Shown here piece by piece: positions 1 through 10,028 of a stretch of DNA of 64,000 bases. Under the pieces are notes generated by a model that made no database searches, had not been told where the DNA came from, and saw only the letters and a list, made by a program, of their open reading frames with translations. Made by a program: the position numbers and the translations under genes. The DNA is from Candidatus Kapaibacterium sp. (GTDB taxonomy: Bacteria > Bacteroidota > Ignavibacteria > Kapaibacteriales > UBA2268). The stretch is from NCBI GenBank assembly GCA_963665665.1, contig OY762428.1, forward strand, positions 960,001 to 1,024,000, in the 5' to 3' direction. How positions within the stretch are numbered: position 1 is the stretch's first letter; every line of letters starts with the position of its first letter.

Positions 1-35
1 ATTAGGATATTATATTCTGATAAGATTGATAACGG

Positions 36-776
36 CTATTCTGCCGGAACGGGAACAGAATGCAGCATATATCGGGGAGCAGCTATGCCGGTTCCGTTAA
101 AGTAGCCTTTTGCCGTCATGGTATAAAGCCTGCCTTTTTCTAGGATTGCCTCGGTGCTTGTTAGCAGGCTGTCATTTGAAGAATTAATAATATCAATAGT
201 GAAAATACCCGGATCAAGCTCATCGAATGAGGAAAAGGATGTATATTTCAATCTGCTATGTTCCGGAGTATCACTATGCAATACAAAAAGTAGTGGCGGT
301 GATTCATCCGGGAAATTTGTCATAACGTGGAGAAACCGCAAATAGGTCTTTTCCTGTTTATATCCGTTATCAGGATCATCAAGCATTAGCATCCTGATCT
401 TCCGCCCGCTTCCGGGGCCATACCCGATAAGTGTGTAATATTTATCCTTTTCAAAATTTGAAAGAAGGTTGAAAAAAGGATAATCTGCATCAGGTAATTG
501 AAAACGAACATTATTATCACCGGCAGCAATCCTGTGATATAATCCTTCCCGGCCTGTATAACCCTGGTTCTCAATTGTTACCACATCAGTTACAAGGTTG
601 ATCTGATCAATATCAGGCATAGCGTTGATAAATGTTACATTGGAAGCATCATCCGGATCAAATTCTTTATCAGTGTCAATTCCCGGAATACATTCACAAG
701 CCGCTGACGCTATTAATATTAAAGCGCCAACGGCTAATTGTTTCCCCAATAAAATTATTTTACTGCCAATTTTCAT
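36..776 (-). CDS. DUF4397-like lipoprotein
   Basis: Lipobox-like ASAAC after a hydrophobic stretch; two internal repeats (VTFINAMPD...YTLIGYG / LRFLHVM...YTMTAKG) typical of DUF4397; last gene of the ECF operon. Confidence 0.7.
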   Translation of the reverse strand: MKIGSKIILLGKQLAVGALILIASAACECIPGIDTDKEFDPDDASNVTFINAMPDIDQINLVTDVVTIENQGYTGREGLYHRIAAGDNNVRFQLPDADYPFFNLLSNFEKDKYYTLIGYGPGSGRKIRMLMLDDPDNGYKQEKTYLRFLHVMTNFPDESPPLLFVLHSDTPEHSRLKYTSFSSFDELDPGIFTIDIINSSNDSLLTSTEAILEKGRLYTMTAKGYFNGTGIAAPRYMLHSVPVPAE

Positions 777-796
777 GGCTGAAATTCTTTTTCAAA

Positions 797-2176
797 TTAA
801 AAATGATAATTAAATCCGTAAGTTATTCCTGATTTCCTTGTGTTATAAATATTTCCGTCAACATTGTACAGCAAGGTTGAAAGCTCGTAGCCAAGGCTGA
901 ACGAAATACCCCTGTATCTCATTGATAGTCCTGCCTGCCCCCTGAATACCGGCCCAAGTGAGGAATATGCCGCGAACACCTGCGAGTATGGTTTCAGCAT
1001 AAGCCAGTTTGTCAATCCAAGGTCATCCATTGTATATCGAACACCTGTACCAAGCCAGAATCTTTCGGGGCTTTGCTGCTGAAGGCCTGTACGGCCGTCA
1101 ATAACAGAAGTAAATTCCATCGGGAAGGCTTCATTTCCTGTTTCAAGCATCACTGCCCAATTATTGTTCAGCCTGTAAAAAGCTCCAATCGCAAAGTTTT
1201 TGCTGATAGCATTTTGCCCCGCTCCGGAATTGAAATCAACATTCGAATTCATTGAGAACCCGCGAACCTGAAGGAACATTTTTGTATTGTCAATATAAGG
1301 GTTATAATTAAGTGCACCGGGTGTATCGAAATAACTACCTGCCCCAGGCCCGTTAACATTTACAGGAACGGCTAATTCATTCGAAGCGTTGTTTCTGGAG
1401 ATCAAACCACCATTTTCGAGATGATTTGCAGATGCAATAAGTTCTTCACTATTATGAGTAGGAGTAATTATCGATATTGTATTCCCGTATTTTGTGTCGG
1501 ATGAATTTGTGATGTCATTATCGGCAAATCTATTATCGTTAGCAGGTTGATTCGATCTGTCCGTAATTCCGGAATTCGAATTAATTCCGTTTATATTATT
1601 CCGATAATTATTATCGGAACGGGAGTTTGAATTAGAATATTTCTTAGCAGCTGTAAATGAAAATTCATCGAAAGCTACCAGATTGTTTGCTGATATTGCA
1701 TCATCACTCCTGGTGTTAACATTATTTTCATCTTCATAAGAGCTTACAACAGGAATGGAATTTCTGCCTGAATTTTCCGCAAAATTCATATCCGTGGTAT
1801 TGTCCGGCCCTGTATAGAAAAGGGAGAATAATAGTGCTGTTACAGCCGAGGCCAGAAATGCGGCACCAAGAAGCGGATAATGCTTTTTGATCAGTGCCAG
1901 AGCGGCGGCATATTTCCCATTCCCCGATGGAACTTCTTCCATTGCTACATCGCCGGACGGTATAGAAAAACCGAGGGATGAAAACAGGGCGTTTGTTGTC
2001 TCGAGTGGTGGAGATATGGAATTCATATCCATTCTGGCGATATTATTAATACTCACCTGACGGTCGAATTCCTGCCTTATCTCCGGGTTTGCGGCAAGCT
2101 CGGAAAAAAGAGCCTCCTTCCGGGCTTCTTCAAGCCCCCCGTCGAGATATTCATGTATCAGTTTCGAATAAGACAT
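797..2176 (-). CDS. Putative dual-membrane-spanning anti-sigma factor (N-terminal anti-sigma domain, TM helix, Asn/Ser-rich linker, C-terminal OM beta-barrel)
   Basis: N-term LIHEYLDGGL..E..ALFSELA resembles zf-HC2-type anti-sigma domains; TM at about aa100-120; alternating beta-strands ending in YGFNYHF; starts 21 bp downstream of the ECF sigma. Confidence 0.7.
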   Translation of the reverse strand: MSYSKLIHEYLDGGLEEARKEALFSELAANPEIRQEFDRQVSINNIARMDMNSISPPLETTNALFSSLGFSIPSGDVAMEEVPSGNGKYAAALALIKKHYPLLGAAFLASAVTALLFSLFYTGPDNTTDMNFAENSGRNSIPVVSSYEDENNVNTRSDDAISANNLVAFDEFSFTAAKKYSNSNSRSDNNYRNNINGINSNSGITDRSNQPANDNRFADNDITNSSDTKYGNTISIITPTHNSEELIASANHLENGGLISRNNASNELAVPVNVNGPGAGSYFDTPGALNYNPYIDNTKMFLQVRGFSMNSNVDFNSGAGQNAISKNFAIGAFYRLNNNWAVMLETGNEAFPMEFTSVIDGRTGLQQQSPERFWLGTGVRYTMDDLGLTNWLMLKPYSQVFAAYSSLGPVFRGQAGLSMRYRGISFSLGYELSTLLYNVDGNIYNTRKSGITYGFNYHF

Positions 2177-2197
2177 TATAATTAACCTGCTATATAT

Positions 2198-2758
2198 TTA
2201 TTTCGACAAATCCTGCATATATGGTTCAAGTATATCCTTGATCTTTTCCTTTGCTCTCCAAACCCGGTTTTTCACTGCTGTAATGGAATCACCGGTGATT
2301 TTTGAGATTTCCTTGTAGCTCATTCCCTGGTATTGCCGGAGAATAAAAGCCTCGCGGTATTCGAAGTCAAGCAATTCAAGAGCCCTGGCTATCAATTCAA
2401 GCAATTCTTTTTGTTCATACCCGGTGTCAGTCGAGAAAACATTGTAGTCTTCAATATTGACGCTGATTTTCAAGTTACGCTTATAATTAATACACTGGTT
2501 TCTTGCAATTGTTATCAGGTATCCCGGAATATTTTCAAGGCGCTCTTTATTTTTTGAAGAATTATAGAAATTTGTAAATGTTTCCTGGAATATATCCCTC
2601 GCATCATCCTGGCTTCCCGTAACTCTTAGGCAGTAGGCATAAATCCTTTGTGAGTAGCGTGAATACAACTCGGCAAAAGCTGTTTCCGCTTCTTTCTTAC
2701 TACCCCGGAGCTTCGAGTAAAGCTCGGAATCGGAATATTTTCCTACAGGTTTTTCCAT
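2198..2758 (-). CDS. ECF RNA polymerase sigma-70 factor
   Basis: Region 2 AFAELYSRY...DARDIFQETF; region 4 REAFILRQYQGMSYKEIS...AVKNRVWRAK. Confidence 0.95.
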   Translation of the reverse strand: MEKPVGKYSDSELYSKLRGSKKEAETAFAELYSRYSQRIYAYCLRVTGSQDDARDIFQETFTNFYNSSKNKERLENIPGYLITIARNQCINYKRNLKISVNIEDYNVFSTDTGYEQKELLELIARALELLDFEYREAFILRQYQGMSYKEISKITGDSITAVKNRVWRAKEKIKDILEPYMQDLSK

Positions 2759-2807
2759 TTACACAATTCTCCAAAGTATCTAAAGGAGAAATTCAAAATT
2801 TCGATGC

Positions 2808-3953
2808 TTAGTACCAGTATCCTCTTATTACATTGTTGCCTATCACCATCTGAGATACAGTCTTATCGTCTTCATCCAGCCTGATAAGTATCAAAGTAGC
2901 GCCATTATATTCATTGTCCAGTATAAAACGGCTATTATAGAGAATCATTTCACCGTTTGCCGACCATTGAGGATATAAATTGCTTTCAGTAGAGTCTCTT
3001 TCGGTTAACAACCTGAAATCGGGGTCACCGTTTTCTAGTTTCATCGACCAGATATCACCGTTTCGGGAACTGAAACTAACCCTGTTTTTAACTGTCGGAG
3101 ACAGGTCAGGATTAATTGGCCCGAGATTATCAAGAAGAAATTCTTCGTAAGTCTTCCCAATAATATCATCAAGATAAATCACACCTGATTTCTCGGTTGT
3201 AATTCCGAAAGCAACAGAGCTGTTATCTCCGGACCAGTCAATTGACGGCGGCGCAATAAGTGCATCCTGCAAGATATCAATTTCCCTGCGATAAACCTCG
3301 TTCCTGATATTCTCTGTTTCTATCACCCTCAGAATCAGCTTGTTTTTTTCAGTATTGGATTCAAAAAAAGCAAGCATACTTCCGTCCGGAGAAAATGCCG
3401 GAAGAGTATTACCGGCGAGAACACTTGTCGGCCTGTCCGCAGAGCTACCGCTTATCGTCACCGTCCAGAGCTCGTTATTACCACCTGTGAAAGCTATAAG
3501 TTTGCCATTCGGAGATATAATTGGAGTGGAGATAATAGTTCCCACAAGCAGAGAGTTTATCACAGTTCGCGGATTATCTCCATTAATCCCGGCTACAATA
3601 ATCGAATCGTTACCAACAGGATCATCCCTGAGAAAAGCAAGCAAGCCGTTTTCAGAGGGCGGCGAATAAATCGAGCCGTTCTCAATCAACTGCATCAGCC
3701 TGCTTCCTTTCGGTGATATCCTGAATACTGATGGTATCTCTCCGTTGATGGGCCTGGCAGTGAAATAGATGTCTCCTTTCGAACCTCCCGCGCCGGAACC
3801 GCTTCCCGAACAGGGGTCATAACATCCCCAGGCTAACTGGCAAAGCATTAAAATTCCAAAGAACAATCCCTTAAATCCGGGTTTAGCATAGGCCATGGTT
3901 TTAAAATCAATTAATTTCCAAATATCATTATTTTTATACCCGGCCGCAGCCAT
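2808..3953 (-). CDS. TolB-like (PD40) beta-propeller lipoprotein
   Basis: Repeats PIISPNGKLIAF, PAFSPDGSMLAF, PQWSANGEMILY; lipobox-like LAWGC. Start moved to ATG 3953 (preceded by AGAAAGGT) because the ORF-track start at 3986 lies inside the promoter motif; ATG 3896 is an alternative. Confidence 0.75.
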   Translation of the reverse strand: MAAAGYKNNDIWKLIDFKTMAYAKPGFKGLFFGILMLCQLAWGCYDPCSGSGSGAGGSKGDIYFTARPINGEIPSVFRISPKGSRLMQLIENGSIYSPPSENGLLAFLRDDPVGNDSIIVAGINGDNPRTVINSLLVGTIISTPIISPNGKLIAFTGGNNELWTVTISGSSADRPTSVLAGNTLPAFSPDGSMLAFFESNTEKNKLILRVIETENIRNEVYRREIDILQDALIAPPSIDWSGDNSSVAFGITTEKSGVIYLDDIIGKTYEEFLLDNLGPINPDLSPTVKNRVSFSSRNGDIWSMKLENGDPDFRLLTERDSTESNLYPQWSANGEMILYNSRFILDNEYNGATLILIRLDEDDKTVSQMVIGNNVIRGYWY

Positions 3954-3974
3954 AATTACCTTTCTTCTAATTAC

Positions 3975-4003
3975 AATGACACACAAACATCAAAAAGGTC
4001 TCA
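3975..4003 (-). promoter_or_regulatory. Putative ECF sigma promoter TGAGAC-N15-GTGTCATT (copy 1)
   Basis: Same motif and spacing at 15232-15260 and 23691-23719; lies upstream of the operon containing the ECF sigma. Confidence 0.7.
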
Positions 4004-4168
4004 GGAAATTATAATTTTTTTTTCAAAACCAGTAATTTTTTTTAATATTTTCAGAAAAAAGCTTAAAAATGGTAAATTGATATCAGTTGCCCGATGCATC
4101 TTAGCTATCTGACATTCTGAATAATACAAAAAAATATGCAAGAGCGTTAAAGGTATAATAAAAAAAAA

Positions 4169-4270
4169 GCGGCGTAGCCGCGACATTTTTGTAGAAAGGC
4201 AAACCCTGGAGAAATAAAAGCCCCGTCGGGGCGACATAAACAGAAACTGGTGTCGCTCCTACGGAGCTTT
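4169..4270. repeat. REP/BIME-like three-hairpin element (family A)
   Basis: Hairpins gcggcgtagccgc, gccccgtcggggc, gctcctacggagc; inverted copy at 38817-38917, including a 29-nt exact reverse-complement match. Confidence 0.8.
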
Positions 4271-4376
4271 TGTCTTTTTCATTTTTTAGTTTATAAAAAG
4301 GAGTCCGCTTGCACTTAAAAGAAAAATGAAGAATAATAAGTTGACCCCATCAGGGAAAATCAGTTTTGATTTTTAC

Positions 4377-5222
4377 CTACAAAATCCCTTTCATTGCCAA
4401 AGCTATCACTGCAATACCAAGAATAATCCTGTAAACAATGAACAGGAGCGTGGACCTGGTTCTTAGAAACTTCAACAGGAAAGCTATTGAAGCGTAGCCG
4501 CTGACCGCGGATACCAGAGTTGCAATAAGCAAGTTTAGCCCCTGAGAAGCGGTAAGGTAATCCAAACTTTGGTAAAATTCAAGCAGGCCGCTTCCCAAAA
4601 CAGCCGGAATGCTTAGCAGGAATGAAAACCTGGCTGCCGTTTCACGTTTCATACCAAGGAAAAGCCCCGCCGTAATAGTAGTGCCTGAACGCGACGAACC
4701 CGGGATAAGAGCCACGCACTGAGCCAACCCTACGCCAAGGGCATCTTTCCAGCCAATATCTTTAGCTTGCTTTGTGAATTTTGCCGTCAGTTCGGCCAGC
4801 CCGAGTATCAGGGCAAGGCCGATCAGGCTCCCGCCGATGATGTAGGGATCTTTAGTCAGTGAGCCTTCAATAATTTTTTTCAGGCCCAGGCCTATAAAAA
4901 CAATGGGAAGCGAACCAATAATTATATACCAGCCCATTCTGGACTGCTGCGACTGCTCCCCGAATTTCTTCCTTGAGCCGCCAATATTCTCTTTGAGGAA
5001 AGCAGTCGGTATCTCGCGAATTTCTTTCATGAAATAAAGCAGTACGGCAATCAGCGTACCCAGTTGAATTACGGCGATAAAGGCCGTCCATTGCTCGGGA
5101 TTCTCCGGGTTGGTAAGACCCATTAGCTTGCCGGCAATAGTAAGGTGGGCCGTGCTGCTGATTGGTATAAATTCGGACAAGCCCTGTATAATTCCAAGTA
5201 TTATAGCTTCAAAAATTGTCAT
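4377..5222 (-). CDS. uppP: Undecaprenyl-diphosphatase
   Basis: GIIQGLSEFIPISSTAH and ALIPGSSRSGTT motifs; AARFSFLLSIP. Confidence 0.97.
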   Translation of the reverse strand: MTIFEAIILGIIQGLSEFIPISSTAHLTIAGKLMGLTNPENPEQWTAFIAVIQLGTLIAVLLYFMKEIREIPTAFLKENIGGSRKKFGEQSQQSRMGWYIIIGSLPIVFIGLGLKKIIEGSLTKDPYIIGGSLIGLALILGLAELTAKFTKQAKDIGWKDALGVGLAQCVALIPGSSRSGTTITAGLFLGMKRETAARFSFLLSIPAVLGSGLLEFYQSLDYLTASQGLNLLIATLVSAVSGYASIAFLLKFLRTRSTLLFIVYRIILGIAVIALAMKGIL

Positions 5223-5564
5223 TTTCCGTTCCTGTACTTCATTTTGTCTTTTATCAATTCCTCAAAATTACGATTTAAAATAGTTTTCTATAGCTAAAAA
5301 AATCCGGTATTATTAAAAGAGGTATAAAAACTCCTGTGCAGTTATTCCGGTGAAGAATCAGATACCTGATTAAATTCTGATATCAAGATGATATAAATAG
5401 TGAGTACAGTTGCATTAGACGCTGTCTGATGAATTACGATTAAATATTGATCAGCCCAAATTCGAATGAAATACCTGGCTATTTGTTGAATTTTACACTT
5501 GCAGATTCAATTATTAATCACTATTTTGATTTAATTGATATTACTCATTAATACCCTGATCATT

Positions 5565-7649
5565 ATGAAAACTTTTATTACATTGATAGCCTTTTTCGTA
5601 GCAAACTCCCTTTTGTCCCAAACACCGGAATGGGATAATATCCAGTTCAATAACGATGTTTTTCACATTGACAAAAAGGACAGTATAGTATGGGCAGTAA
5701 CTTCTGCTGGTATAGTTAAATTAAATGCTAATACTGATGAAAACCGGCTTTATAACCGTGCCAATACTCCGCTGTCGGGCAACTGGCAGGACATTTCCGC
5801 AATAGCTATTGATTCCTCCGGCAATTTCTGGGCAGGCTACAGCGATTTTAAAGTTGACAGAATCATCGGCGACGAATGCGAGAGTTTTGATTTGATTGAA
5901 TTATTGAATCTATCAGATGTTCCTAATTTTACAACATATAGAACTGAAATAACTAATATACGAACAAGCCCAAATGGTGATGTTAATTTTTGGCTGCAAA
6001 CAGGCGGATTAGCCATTTATAATAGCGGGGAATGGTCACACCATTATATTGATCAGGATTTTTATAATTGTAATGATTTCGAAGTCGGTTTGAACAATGA
6101 GTTGTATCTTCTACACAGTCATAGTTTGAGTATTTTTTATAATGCTGATTCAGTAGAAAAAGTTTCTTTACCAATAGAAAATATTTTGTATTCAATTGCA
6201 ACACGGGGCGATGAAATTTTTATTGGCGATTCAAAGGGAAGGTTAAGTCTCTTTAAAAACGATTCTCTTAAAACAATTTTAGATGAAAACTCCATAACCA
6301 GCGGTAGGCAAATTGATGATATAATATATCAGCAAAATGTTAATAATTTTTATATTAATGCCGGGAACAGATATTTTGTACTTGGCGGAAATAATTTTGA
6401 AGAAGTGGAAAAAATTGAAAATTCTCTTCAACAAGATATACTGATAAACTGTATGATACCCGATATCTTTGGCAATATCTGGTTTGGAACTAATAAGGGA
6501 ATTTTTGAAGGAGAGGAAAATAAATACTTTGCCGAATCAAGAATATCTGATAACTTTATCTATGATTTATTCCCCGATGGGAAAGATGTTTATATAGCTA
6601 CAGAAAATGAAATTAAACGTTTCAATAGTGGAGAATGGATACTAATTACTGATGATGAAAAATATCTTGGTAGAAAATCAAATTTTGTGAAGTATAGGGA
6701 TGGGATCGTAATTTCAACTCTTAAAAACTTACTTTTTATTAAAAATGACAATATTGTTGCCTTTAGTTATCCTCTGAATTATGAAGCCACCTTTACACAT
6801 AAAATCTGTACCGATGATGAATATGTTTATATACCAGGATCGGATAATTTTTTTATGTTTGACTCTTATAACATAATTAGCTTATCCTATGAGGACGGCA
6901 AATCAAGATCAACATTTGATAACTATATGAAGTCCTGTTTTCTTGATGAAGATGGAAATGTATGGATTTGTACAAAAGATAAAATATTTAAATATGACAA
7001 ATATTCTTTGGAAGAAATTTTTGGAGAAGAAACCCAACCCGCCAAGCCGTTTATAAATGCTGATTTTATTGATAACAATTTTTGGATATTTAATTCCGAA
7101 GGAGCTTTCAAAGAGGAAGATGGCAATTTTATAAAATATGATTTTGGGCTGGATTATGGTACATGGCGTGAAAATATTATGGATATTATTCCAGCAGAAG
7201 ATGGAAATATGTGGGTAATTGCCAACAAACCCAGGCTATGGGACGGAGAGAAGTTTATTGACAGCGTTGATTATTCAAATTCCGGCATCCACTACGAAAA
7301 TATTGAGGGAATGCGTAAAGATAAATACGGAAATCTTTGGTTCTTTGATAGTAACAAGGGAATTAGTATGTATCGCAAGGGCGGTATAAACAGTGTTGAG
7401 GATTTGCCTGTTTATAACCCGGAAGTTTATATTTACCCTAACCCTGCAAACGGAAAGATCAACTTCGAATTACCAGAAGAGTTTAATGCTATCGAAGCCC
7501 GGATATATAATATAGAAGGAAAATTGGTATTGGAAGAAGAGCTGACAGGAAACGAAATAAATTTGAACAGTTTGACTTGCGGCTCGTATATAATCGAATT
7601 TTCGGATAAGAAAACAAGAATAAGTAAAAAGGTTGAGATTGTAAAGTAG
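5565..7649 (+). CDS. Secreted beta-propeller (Reg_prop-like) protein with T9SS C-terminal domain, paralog 1
   Basis: Signal peptide MKTFITLIAFFVANSLLS; D..GN.W repeats; CTD IYPNPA...GSYIIEF...KKVEIVK. Confidence 0.85.
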   Translation: MKTFITLIAFFVANSLLSQTPEWDNIQFNNDVFHIDKKDSIVWAVTSAGIVKLNANTDENRLYNRANTPLSGNWQDISAIAIDSSGNFWAGYSDFKVDRIIGDECESFDLIELLNLSDVPNFTTYRTEITNIRTSPNGDVNFWLQTGGLAIYNSGEWSHHYIDQDFYNCNDFEVGLNNELYLLHSHSLSIFYNADSVEKVSLPIENILYSIATRGDEIFIGDSKGRLSLFKNDSLKTILDENSITSGRQIDDIIYQQNVNNFYINAGNRYFVLGGNNFEEVEKIENSLQQDILINCMIPDIFGNIWFGTNKGIFEGEENKYFAESRISDNFIYDLFPDGKDVYIATENEIKRFNSGEWILITDDEKYLGRKSNFVKYRDGIVISTLKNLLFIKNDNIVAFSYPLNYEATFTHKICTDDEYVYIPGSDNFFMFDSYNIISLSYEDGKSRSTFDNYMKSCFLDEDGNVWICTKDKIFKYDKYSLEEIFGEETQPAKPFINADFIDNNFWIFNSEGAFKEEDGNFIKYDFGLDYGTWRENIMDIIPAEDGNMWVIANKPRLWDGEKFIDSVDYSNSGIHYENIEGMRKDKYGNLWFFDSNKGISMYRKGGINSVEDLPVYNPEVYIYPNPANGKINFELPEEFNAIEARIYNIEGKLVLEEELTGNEINLNSLTCGSYIIEFSDKKTRISKKVEIVK

Positions 7650-7756
7650 ATACAACAATATCTGTAAATATAATTTTATGTATTAATATTTTGTTATTTT
7701 ATAAAAATATTATAAGTTACAATAAGTTATTATTAATAATTATCTGCCAGATCATT

Positions 7757-9859
7757 ATGAAAACTTTTATTACACTGATTACCTTCTTAGTAGCAAATTC
7801 CCTTTTGTCCCAAACACCGGAATGGGATAATATCCAGTTCAATAACGACGTTTGCCATATTGATAAAAAAGACAGTATCGTATGGGCAGTAACTTCTGCT
7901 GGTATAGTTAAATTAAATGCAAATACTAATAAAAGCCGGCTGTATAACCGTGCCAATACTCCGCTGTCGGGCAACTGGCAGGATATATCTGCCATAGCAA
8001 TAGATTCCTACGGAAATTTCTGGGCGGGCTACAGTGATTTTAAAGTTGACAGAATCACAGAAAACGGTTGTGAAAATTATAATCTTATAGAAATTTTAGA
8101 TCTGTATAATGTTTCTTCGTTTAGAACATATTTGAATTCCATATCAGAAATCATTGTCAACAGGGACGGCAGGGTTAATTTTTGGATAAATTCCGCGGGG
8201 TTTGCAACTTATGAAAACGGAAACTGGCACCATCACTTGAACGACGAATTAAATTACAATTACTGCTTTGATTTTGATCTTGGAAAAGATGACAAATTAG
8301 TTAGTTTGCATGGAGCCGAGTATCTAATTTATCATAGCGAAGATTCTGTTGAAATTGTAAATGTACCTGGTTATGACGGCCTGCTGAACGTTCTGTATTC
8401 AATTGAAGTTTGTGACAGTACAGTTCTTTTGGGCGATGACAGCGGCCGATTAAAAAGTTTCGACGGCGATACTACGATACTTTTAGAACACTTTAAATCT
8501 AACGGGCCGGCAATGAAGGTTTATGAAATAGATTATAATCAAAAATTAAACATTTTTTATATTGAGCTTTTTGGAGACGTTTTAGTATTATATGACGGAG
8601 AGAAATTTTGGGAACCGCCTTTCGTGAACGAATTAGCAAGATTTGCAATTTTTGCGGAATGTTTCTATCCTGACACAGATGGTATAATATGGATGGGATC
8701 AAACAATGGTATATTTTCAGAAAATATAGAGAGATATTCTAAAGAATCCCGGATTCCGGATAATGCTATCTACGATGTTTTTCCAAATGGAAAGGATGTA
8801 TATGTGGCTACAGCAAGCGAGATTAAACGCTTCAACAGCGGAGAATGGTTTGTTATTTCAGCCGACAAAGATCATTATGGCAGGAAATCCAATTTTGTGA
8901 AATATAAGGATGGCGTTGCCGTTTCGACTCAGAATAGCATTCTTTTTATAAAAAATGACGAAGTTATAACATACGATTATCCCTGGAATTACAAAGCAAC
9001 ATTTACTCATAAAATTTGTGCTGATGAGGAAAATATTTATATAGCCGGTACAGATAAATTTTTCATTTTTGACGGCACAAATATATCCACTATCGATTAC
9101 GATGATGGAAAAAATAGTTCTTATAAAGATAATTATATGAAATCGTGTTTTGTTGCTAAAGATGGAAATGTATGGATATGCTGTGCACAAAAAATTTTCA
9201 GGTATAACGGATTTAATATTGACGAAAAAGTTTTTAGTGGAACAGAACCTGAAGCGCCATACATTAATGTCGGATTAATTGACGGTTGTTTGTGGATGTT
9301 AACTTATGAAGGAGCTTACAAAGAAGAAGATGGCAATTTTATAAAATATGATTTTGGCCTGGATTATGGTACCTGGCATGAAAATATTATGGATATTATT
9401 CCGGCAGAAGATGGAAATATGTGGGTAATTGCCAACAAACCCAGGCTATGGGACGGAGAGAAGTTTATTGACAGCGTTGATTATTCAAATTCCGGCATCC
9501 ACTACGAAAATATTGAGGGAATGCGTAAAGATAAATACGGAAATCTTTGGTTCTTTGATAGTAACAAGGGAATTAGTATGTATCGCAAGGGCGGTATAAA
9601 CAGTGTTGAGGATTTGCCTTTTTATAACCCGGAAGTTTATATTTACCCAAACCCTGCCAGCGGAAAGATCAACTTCGAATTACCAGAAGAGTTTAATGCT
9701 AAAGAGGCCCGGATATTTGATATTGAGGGAAGAATTGTATTTGAAACAGAGTTGTCAGGAAACGAATTGAACCTCAACACACTGCCTTGCGGTTCGTATA
9801 TAATCGAATTTTCGGATAAGAAAACAATAATAAGTAAAAAGGTTGAGATTGTAAGGTAG
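7757..9859 (+). CDS. Secreted beta-propeller protein with T9SS C-terminal domain, paralog 2
   Basis: Tandem paralog of 5565..7649; near-identical N-terminal and C-proximal blocks. Confidence 0.85.
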   Translation: MKTFITLITFLVANSLLSQTPEWDNIQFNNDVCHIDKKDSIVWAVTSAGIVKLNANTNKSRLYNRANTPLSGNWQDISAIAIDSYGNFWAGYSDFKVDRITENGCENYNLIEILDLYNVSSFRTYLNSISEIIVNRDGRVNFWINSAGFATYENGNWHHHLNDELNYNYCFDFDLGKDDKLVSLHGAEYLIYHSEDSVEIVNVPGYDGLLNVLYSIEVCDSTVLLGDDSGRLKSFDGDTTILLEHFKSNGPAMKVYEIDYNQKLNIFYIELFGDVLVLYDGEKFWEPPFVNELARFAIFAECFYPDTDGIIWMGSNNGIFSENIERYSKESRIPDNAIYDVFPNGKDVYVATASEIKRFNSGEWFVISADKDHYGRKSNFVKYKDGVAVSTQNSILFIKNDEVITYDYPWNYKATFTHKICADEENIYIAGTDKFFIFDGTNISTIDYDDGKNSSYKDNYMKSCFVAKDGNVWICCAQKIFRYNGFNIDEKVFSGTEPEAPYINVGLIDGCLWMLTYEGAYKEEDGNFIKYDFGLDYGTWHENIMDIIPAEDGNMWVIANKPRLWDGEKFIDSVDYSNSGIHYENIEGMRKDKYGNLWFFDSNKGISMYRKGGINSVEDLPFYNPEVYIYPNPASGKINFELPEEFNAKEARIFDIEGRIVFETELSGNELNLNTLPCGSYIIEFSDKKTIISKKVEIVR

Positions 9860-9903
9860 AAAGCATATTTTTAAAATGAGGCTGTCCAATAAGCTTACAA
9901 TGT

Positions 9904-9974
9904 TGTCACTTAAACAAAGTGAAGAGTCCATAACCTGCATGAATACTAGATTCTTCACTTCGTTCAGAATGACA
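9904..9974. repeat. REP-like inverted doublet (family B)
   Basis: tgtcacttaaacaaagtgaagagtc ... gattcttcacttcgttcagaatgaca; related copy at 36079-36169; lies between convergent genes. Confidence 0.7.
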
Positions 9975-10028
9975 AATTGAATAAATTAAGAATAAAAAGA
10001 CATCGCCATTATTATTTTTTAGCATTGT

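Noticed and set aside
4001-4237. 78-aa ORF MSPRRG...
   Set aside because: Arises from REP family A hairpins
5565-9859. Diversity-generating retroelement TR/VR pair
   Set aside because: Mismatches in the near-identical blocks include G/C and run in both directions, so they are not adenine-specific; no reverse transcriptase present
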